From assembly GCA_951406725.2 (NCBI GenBank), contig OX597814.1, positions 165,788,001 through 165,852,000 on the forward strand: a DNA stretch of 64,000 nucleotides, given 5' to 3'. Of this stretch, positions 58,801-64,000 are shown piece by piece. The notes under the pieces were generated by a model, which saw only the letters and a list, made by a program, of their open reading frames with translations, did not search any database and had not been told where the DNA came from. Both the position numbers and the translations under genes were made by a program. Numbering within the stretch: the stretch's first letter is position 1; each line of letters starts with the position of its first letter. Source of the DNA: Octopus vulgaris. Lineage: Eukaryota.

Positions 58801-61800
58801 ATGACCAATCAGAGAGATATTAAGGAATGAGTATTGTAATCTGCTGTGATCTAGTTATGAACAGTGATATACTGAACCTGTGTTCATATAGTCGATGAAT
58901 ATAGTTGAATAGACCGGGTTCTGAAATAGGAAGAACTAGCTGTGACCATCCATTTTGGTAACATACAGAAATGTGGCTGGTGTACATCCAAGTTCATCCT
59001 TCATTGTAGAACACATTCTTGTTTAGCACAAGAAGATACTTTGATCTGCCAGCAACTTTAATGCAAACTTGAGCTAATAATAAAAGCATTCCACATCATT
59101 GTTATTTGTTGGATGGTAAAAGGTGTTACAGGTGCTACTGTAACTCAACAGTTGTATCAATTCAATAAATAAATTGGAATCAAATTGTCATGCCCAAACT
59201 GTTATAATGGTAAATGGCATGCTGTATCTAGAAGTTTAAATATACAAAAGTCTTAGCTGTGATTTCAGCTGTGATATCAAGTAGTGGAATAGCCTCAAGC
59301 CACCTGACATAGATGACAACTTAAGTAAGCATAGAACTATGTCCAAGTGAAGGAGGAAGTGGTCCCAGAAAAGCAATGTGAATGTGACTGAACGTAACAT
59401 CAAAGGTGCCTAACAGTGATGTACTTTTGCTTCCTGACATGCCATGCAGCTCCTGGTCCATTCTTTGGATATCTTTGTTGATAACAATCCAGAAGGAACA
59501 TGCCAATATGAACTTGTGTAGATCTGCTGTCTGGGTGTGACAGACAGTGCAGTGGATTAAAGATTTCATACTGATGCTAGTTTTGGAACTAAAAGATGTT
59601 TGTGACCAGTGGAGATATCTCACCAAATATATTCATGTGAAGAAGGAAGTAGAACTTGCTAGACTAACAAAGAAGGTAATGAATTCTATAGCATGGAGAG
59701 TTTGTTGTGATTTTCTTGTATAAAAACTGATGAAAGAAACAGAAATATAAAGTGCATCTATTACATGTGTGCATGAAGTGTATCTGCTTCCATATAGTAG
59801 AGTCCCTTGATATGCTTAATGTTAGTTGTATATTGAGAAATCTAGTGAAGATGGCAAGTCACTCTCACTGAATGACAATCAGTTTAAGATATTAAGGCTT
59901 ACATCAAAGTTTACAGATTGAGTAATAGTGAAGATATGACAAAGTGTTTTACTTCACACAGAGGTGTGTTGCATATAACTCCAGTCCAAAAGTGTTGTAC
60001 TGTGTTTCTACTGGTTGCAAACGTTTTGAGAAAGAAAGCTGTCAAACACCATCTACCACAGACACCTGATGCATAGTGGTGCATATATTCTAGGATGAAC
60101 AAGAATGGTAATTTCAGTCAACTTACCTTTCATCTTTCTAGCTCACTCTCATAAAGGTGATAGACTGAATCTTCTTTCTGTTCCTGAGTATGTCAATGAG
60201 CAATTGGATAGCATCAGTGCAATTACAGATGAGAGAGTAATAGAAGTTGTTGAAGCCAAGAAATTCTCTTAACTTACAGTGATGTAGGCACAAGAAATTC
60301 TTCAAAGGCCTTCACTTTCTTCCCCAGAAGATAGATTCTTACTTTGTCATCAATTGGCCATGGAACATCAAAGATGTATCATCAAACAAACACATTATGA
60401 CTGATGACTATGCCATATTCAGTTAGGCAATTAAGGAGTAATTGAAGCTGACCATATTTGAGCTTAGATAGAAGTAACCTCCAGATGTCAACTATCAATC
60501 TCTGAAATGTCTATGCAGTGCTACAAAGCCCAAATGATGTGTACAACTTGTAGAGTTTAAGGAATGTCATGATTGCTGCCTTGTGAATGTCCTCTGGCTC
60601 TACTGGGATCTAGTGGTATGCTATGACAAGGTCTATCTTGGATAAGGTTTATGTACTATTGAAAGATCTGTCGAGTAACTGGAAGTGTACAAATCACCAA
60701 AACAAAGCCAGACATCTGGCGTCCTCTCAAAAATCATATGTATGCTAGACAACCAGTCAAATCAGTTACTAATGAATGAGCAAATTATGATGAACTCAAA
60801 CACAACTAAACTGTGATTAAACAATGTTCAAATGATCTGGAGTAGAGCATCTAGATCTAATTAGCTCTGGTGGTTTTCATGTCTTACTATGGTGAATAAC
60901 TGTGAGCATTATTCCTCTGTCACTGTACACAAGATGAATGACTATTGAGTATTCACAAAGAAAGGTGTTGAACCTAAATGAAGTTGCTTTCAATAACAGG
61001 GCTCACTGACTGAGGACAAGTAATGTGATTCCTAGCATAGTAAAACTGGTTACGGAATCAATAACATGATGGTGCTTCACATTCACTAAAAGACCAAGAA
61101 AATCAGCCTCAATGAAGGGATAAATCAACTTTGCAATGATGAACCATCAGAACACTTGTCATAATCTTAGCACAAGTGTGCTATTTCACCACATGTAGTA
61201 ATGAGAGAGTGGTCAACAGACTGAAGTAAATTGATTGTTAATATGCATTTAAGCAGATGGGCTGCTTACTTTGCACCTGTGGCTACAAAATATTATAAAC
61301 CTGTCAGTCACAATAAAGTAGGTAACTAATTGAGTTATAGAGAAAATCTGTTGCTGCAGTTTGGGCAGCCATTTCCCTTGTTTGAAGGAGTCCTTTTCCC
61401 CCTCCAACCCACGTGAACAAGGCTTGACACATTTATGAGTGTTGTCACCAATTTTCAAAGGTACCAATACTGTGAACCTTTATGCCTGATTAAACTAGTG
61501 CTACACACAAGCACTGACATGGAGAGCTATGTGAGCAGCTACTTTCTCTGCTACCCTTGACAGAGTTGAGCTGTGAACACTTGCATACAATGTGTCAAAC
61601 TCACAACATAGCACTAAGTGTTCTGGCAAGTGTGGTAATGTAGAGCAGATGATGGAACACGGACCATAAACCATTAAAATTCACCTTAACCCAAAGAAAA
61701 GTGGTATATTTATTATAGTTGTTTTCAAAACAATGTTGCATCAGTTGTACCACAACTGAGTATAAACTTAAACTGCATACTTTTGAAGCCAACTACAATA

Positions 61801-62587
61801 CTGTGAGAAGACACTGTTCTGGGCTACCTCCTCATGGTTATAAATTCAGATTTACTACAGCTTATTTCATCATGGGTCTGGTCAAAAGACTTTATAGTGC
61901 ATTAATTTTCAGACCTTTCTTGCTATCAGAAACAGGTATCAGATATTCTCGAAGTTGATAGATTACTAACGTACCTAGAACATGATACACTGGCATCATA
62001 TCCCACAAGATTTATCACTAATGTAATTAAAGACAGAACCAAATTGAAGAACCTTTAAGAGCTCTTATAGACTTCAAATATTTATACGTATTAATTCCAA
62101 CACTAGATTCCTAGATTCTCTATGCATCTTTCTACCACTTTCAAAAGTTGGAATTATACCCAAACATACATTTTACACACATACACACACCTATTTTACA
62201 TGCAAATATCCACATTATTTGAACCCAAAGTTTACCTGAATCATTTTCTTCAGTCCACTGTTTCAATATACTCACTTGGTCAGCATACCACCCACCTTCA
62301 CGATGTTGGCGACTGGCTATAACAGATACTTCGTTACCCACCTGTGGCCGTTGGCTTCCAACAACAACATTGTATGAGAAATACACATCACCATCTATCA
62401 AGCCATGATTTCCAAATAGGTTAGTGATGTAGCCAGTAAAGGTACGAGTATTCTCCTCACAAGATTTGGTCCTCTCCCAGCTATGGGAGCGTACTACTAC
62501 ACCATCAACAGAACTGCTGAAGGACTGGCGTCGAGGAACATCCTCTTTCCACAGGAAATTGGCAAACTTTGTTAAGGCATTAAACAT
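33095..62587 (-). CDS. MOV10L1: RNA helicase MOV10L1 / Armitage (UPF1-like SF1 helicase, piRNA biogenesis); complete CDS, 20 exons, about 1111 aa
   Basis: Exons 62587-62236, 56977-56533, 54934-54602, 53998-53786, 52418-52304, 51658-51560, 50385-50239, 48598-48507, 47382-47324, 46181-45948, 44911-44802, 42599-42522, 41532-41377, 40492-40427, 39626-39462, 38274-38101, 37069-36920, 36386-36279, 35396-35256, 33193-33095 join in frame (3336 nt). Motifs: N-terminal OB/S1-like repeats (GLIDGDVYF), [75 protein letters not shown]. An alternative in-frame ATG lies at 62611. Confidence 0.92.
33356..34209 (+). repeat. Pair of ~78 bp direct repeats (33356-33433 and 34133-34209)
   Basis: ttattgtggtacaaagggat...aacattttcaataaca.tattccag occurs twice. 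Confidence 0.9.
34410..34690 (+). mobile_element. tRNA-derived SINE (family C), diverged
   Basis: catggcttagtg...gtttaaattcctggaccagg...tgtgttcttgagcaaaacact. Confidence 0.65.
35256..35396 (-). CDS. MOV10L1: MOV10L1 exon (motif VI)
   Basis: tag|[47 protein letters not shown]|gtaagt. Confidence 0.93.
35465..35835 (+). repeat. Tandem pair of an old dispersed repeat with core ACCTGCTAGAAATAGCAGYCAAA
   Basis: Same core near 2110-2360, 19380-19770 (inverted), 24840, 33980, 51210-51545 (tandem) and 63905. Confidence 0.6.
36279..36386 (-). CDS. MOV10L1: MOV10L1 exon (motif V)
   Basis: cag|[36 protein letters not shown]|gtaagt. Confidence 0.93.
36920..37069 (-). CDS. MOV10L1: MOV10L1 exon
   Basis: tag|[26 protein letters not shown]...[11 protein letters not shown]|gtatgt. 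Confidence 0.93.
38101..38274 (-). CDS. MOV10L1: MOV10L1 exon
   Basis: tag|[23 protein letters not shown]...ILFHGIR|gtaagt. Confidence 0.93.
39462..39626 (-). CDS. MOV10L1: MOV10L1 exon (motif III)
   Basis: cag|[16 protein letters not shown]...SFLERLM...FDPML|gtgagt. Confidence 0.93.
40427..40492 (-). CDS. MOV10L1: MOV10L1 exon
   Basis: tag|[22 protein letters not shown]|gtgagt. Confidence 0.93.
41377..41532 (-). CDS. MOV10L1: MOV10L1 exon (Walker B)
   Basis: cag|[10 protein letters not shown]...[10 protein letters not shown]|gtgaga. Confidence 0.93.
42522..42599 (-). CDS. MOV10L1: MOV10L1 exon
   Basis: cag|[26 protein letters not shown]|gtaagt. Confidence 0.9.
42933..43181 (+). mobile_element. 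Young RTE-tail retroposon nested inversely in an older relative
   Basis: Retains CpGs; (GAT)n tail; flanks tttctacaactgg / atactctgcgtaacaccaacc reconstitute the older copy. Confidence 0.75.
43500..43900 (-). mobile_element. Very degenerate LINE (L2/CR1 group) 3' fragment
   Basis: Minus-strand peptide [13 protein letters not shown] and TPLPETL loosely resemble the LINE ORF2 C-terminus. Confidence 0.3.
44193..44589 (+). mobile_element. tRNA-derived SINE (family A)
   Basis: gggcgcaggagtggctgtgtggtaag...gggttcagtcccac...gaaacaagtaaaagagtaaa. Confidence 0.87.
44802..44911 (-). CDS. MOV10L1: MOV10L1 exon (Walker A, motif Ia)
   Basis: tag|(G)[36 protein letters not shown]|gtaagt. Confidence 0.94.
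45948..46181 (-). CDS. MOV10L1: MOV10L1 exon (start of Walker A)
   Basis: cag|(V)LFPTTVEN...[34 protein letters not shown]|gtaaaa. Confidence 0.93.
46236..46530 (+). mobile_element. tRNA-derived SINE with 10 bp TSD
   Basis: A-box TGGCCTAGTGG, B-box GGTTCGACTC; tgattaatgt at 46226-46235 and 46531-46540. Confidence 0.85.
47324..47382 (-). CDS. MOV10L1: MOV10L1 exon
   Basis: cag|(R)[19 protein letters not shown], phase-1 donor gtaaat. Confidence 0.9.
48507..48598 (-). CDS. MOV10L1: MOV10L1 exon
   Basis: tag|[30 protein letters not shown], phase-2 donor gtaaac. Confidence 0.92.
48978..50197 (-). mobile_element. 5'-truncated RTE-clade LINE relic (reverse transcriptase, frameshifted)
   Basis: Minus-strand peptides [62 protein letters not shown]. 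Confidence 0.85.
50239..50385 (-). CDS. MOV10L1: MOV10L1 exon
   Basis: cag|[28 protein letters not shown]...GIVHE|gtgggt. Confidence 0.93.
50505..50715 (-). mobile_element. SINE family B copy
   Basis: aaggcctgaaattt...gaaaggatgaaaggcaaag...gattctaccagctc. Confidence 0.7.
50931..51095. repeat. Polypurine low-complexity tract
   Basis: About 165 nt almost exclusively A/G, with many G3+ runs. Confidence 0.9.
51560..51658 (-). CDS. MOV10L1: MOV10L1 exon
   Basis: cag|[33 protein letters not shown]|gtaaga. Confidence 0.92.
52304..52418 (-). CDS. MOV10L1: MOV10L1 exon
   Basis: aag|(R)[38 protein letters not shown]|gtaagt. Confidence 0.87.
52765..53180 (-). mobile_element. RTE-tail retroposon with terminal ~41 bp tandem repeats
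   Basis: ggatgcccttcttaatgccaaccac core; gcctccatgaggc-like unit repeated about 4 times at 53041-53180. Confidence 0.7.
53786..53998 (-). CDS. MOV10L1: MOV10L1 exon
   Basis: cag|(K)[22 protein letters not shown]...WVVPGEKMT, phase-2 donor gtatta. Confidence 0.87.
54602..54934 (-). CDS. MOV10L1: MOV10L1 exon
   Basis: cag|(N)[30 protein letters not shown]...VNISCTT, phase-2 donor gtaaga. Confidence 0.87.
56533..56977 (-). CDS. MOV10L1: MOV10L1 exon (two OB/S1-like repeats)
   Basis: tag|(D)[10 protein letters not shown]...[19 protein letters not shown]...[16 protein letters not shown], phase-2 donor gtaagt. Confidence 0.88.
58457..58711 (-). mobile_element. tRNA-derived SINE (family C) with 12 bp TSD
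   Basis: Minus strand TGGCTTAGTGG and GTTTCGATTCC boxes; aaaatacttaaa at 58445-58456 and 58712-58723. Confidence 0.85.
59040..61150 (-). mobile_element. Decayed Ty3/Gypsy LTR retrotransposon pol (protease, RT, RNase H, integrase)
   Basis: Minus-strand fragments in Gypsy order: PFIEADFL (about 61110), [24 protein letters not shown]...TFQR (about 60600), [11 protein letters not shown] (about 60260), [19 protein letters not shown] (about 60010), [13 protein letters not shown] (about 59820), [34 protein letters not shown] (59400-59100); many stops and frameshifts; LTRs not found. Confidence 0.85.
62236..62587 (-). CDS. MOV10L1: MOV10L1 first coding exon
   Basis: [17 protein letters not shown]...[19 protein letters not shown]...[20 protein letters not shown], then phase-1 donor G|gtaaac. 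A pyrimidine tract plus AAG acceptor before 62659 suggests an upstream non-coding exon. Confidence 0.82.
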
Positions 62588-63474
62588 TCTGTAGACTCTG
62601 AAAACAGACATCAAAGGATATTCATCACCAAAGTTAATAATACAGAATTTCCAGAACAACTTTTGGAAATAACAGGAAAATAGAAATGAAAAACTTTAAT
62701 GAATTTAGTCAATGTTTTACTTCATAGTACTGTACAAGAGAGGAGTAATTACAATGGTTTGGAAATATGAATAGATGATATGAAAGAAATAGGTGGGTAG
62801 AAAAGTACTATTAGCTGGTTCATGATGGTAACTAAAACATATGGCTTGAAAGAACTAGGATTATTGGCTGAGAGTAATAAAATTAAAAGTAACTGGAAGA
62901 TTTTAGGTAAAATTGTTTAATTCTGCTAAGGTAAACCTATATTTAGAAGTAATATCAATCTATAGTCAGGTTTAAAACCATGTCATAGATGCAGTATTTA
63001 GAGTCAGATAGGATACAAAGCAGTTGTCAGGGATTATTACACAAGTTTTACCAACCAGTCTGTTTTTGTACAACTGAAAAGCCATTGCTGAGTAGTAACA
63101 TTTAAGTTTCGATATCTTAAAAGTAGTTGGTGATTGCACAGAATCCAGTCCAGTATAATTCTTGATATTGCAGTTAGATATTTTAGTATCCGTGCATTTT
63201 ATATGTGTGAACCAGGTTAGAGAGAGTTTTTAACTCAAATATCACTCTGGAGTGCTGTTGATGTGTCTAGATGTTTTATGACAGCACAAGTATTTCAAGA
63301 AGCTGTGGTGCTGGCAGTACTCACATGGAAAATGTTAATATGACAGAATTTACTTGGAAGAGTTAAAAATGGTAGTTGGAATAACATGGGCAGTGACAGA
63401 AGATAGGAAGTGTAGAGCGGTTATATATGATATGAGACACGTAGGATGGGAGAATGTTTGCATTCAAAGATTAA

Positions 63475-63686
63475 CCCTTTTGTTACCATGTTTCTGCTGA
63501 AATACAATGCCTTAGTTTCAATGTTGAAAATAATGAAACACTTAGTAAAATAAGCAATCATTATTAAGCTGGTATTTGGAGTATAAATTAAAGTGAAATG
63601 TTGATGGGAATTTTGATTTAAATCACTTCAAAACAAAGTGTGTCAGAGAACCAGAGTTAGTCTTAAGCAGGTTGTTATGAAAAGAG
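63475..63686. mobile_element. piggyBac-like MITE upstream of the MOV10L1 first coding exon
   Basis: TTAA flanks; related to 14126-14345 in opposite orientation. Confidence 0.65.
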
Positions 63687-64000
63687 TTAATAAACAAGTA
63701 GGAAGCCTTTTTTTTATATATATAAGCATCATGGAGAGGAAATAAGGGCCAAAACTATAAGGATCTCAAAAGATCATAGATTATCAATCATCATAACATT
63801 CATTCTGCATTAATAATTGACAAGTAGTCAATAATATATATTCACTATCATTACTATCATACCCATCATCAATGCTAATGACAGGAAGGCTCCCAAGACA
63901 ACAAGGGAGCCTCTTTTGTGGTCACTCAACCTACTAAAAGTACTATACCTAAACACAAATAAGAAGAAAAAAAAATGTCATGGCTCAAACACGTTTCTTT

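Noticed and set aside
59727-59760. CTGATGA...GAAA as another hammerhead
   Set aside because: No stem II or stem I pairing; lies within the Gypsy relic.
61480-61700. Plus-strand TDHKPL RNase H-like fragment as a separate element
   Set aside because: Only one short motif is convincing; boundaries cannot be supported without an alignment.

Overview
AT-rich, intron-rich animal genomic DNA; the repeat content suggests an octopus (inference, no search run). Two genes converge tail to tail. On the + strand are the last 15 exons (254..24102, 676 codons plus stop) of an axonemal inner-arm dynein heavy chain whose C-terminus best matches DNAH3. On the - strand is a complete 20-coding-exon gene (62587..33095, about 1111 aa) for the piRNA-pathway SF1 helicase MOV10L1/Armitage. 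Both spliced ORFs were rebuilt by hand and stay in frame across GT-AG junctions. Introns contain tRNA-derived SINEs, RTE and CR1 LINE fragments, a decayed Ty3/Gypsy pol, MITEs, Helitron ends and microsatellites. The most notable features are several minimal hammerhead-ribozyme motifs in Penelope/retrozyme-like elements within 8 kb of dynein introns. One is a head-to-head palindrome of a tRNA-headed, hammerhead-tailed unit abutting the last 3' splice site, and another has a compensatory G3-C8 core swap. The dynein gene also has a U12-type intron.
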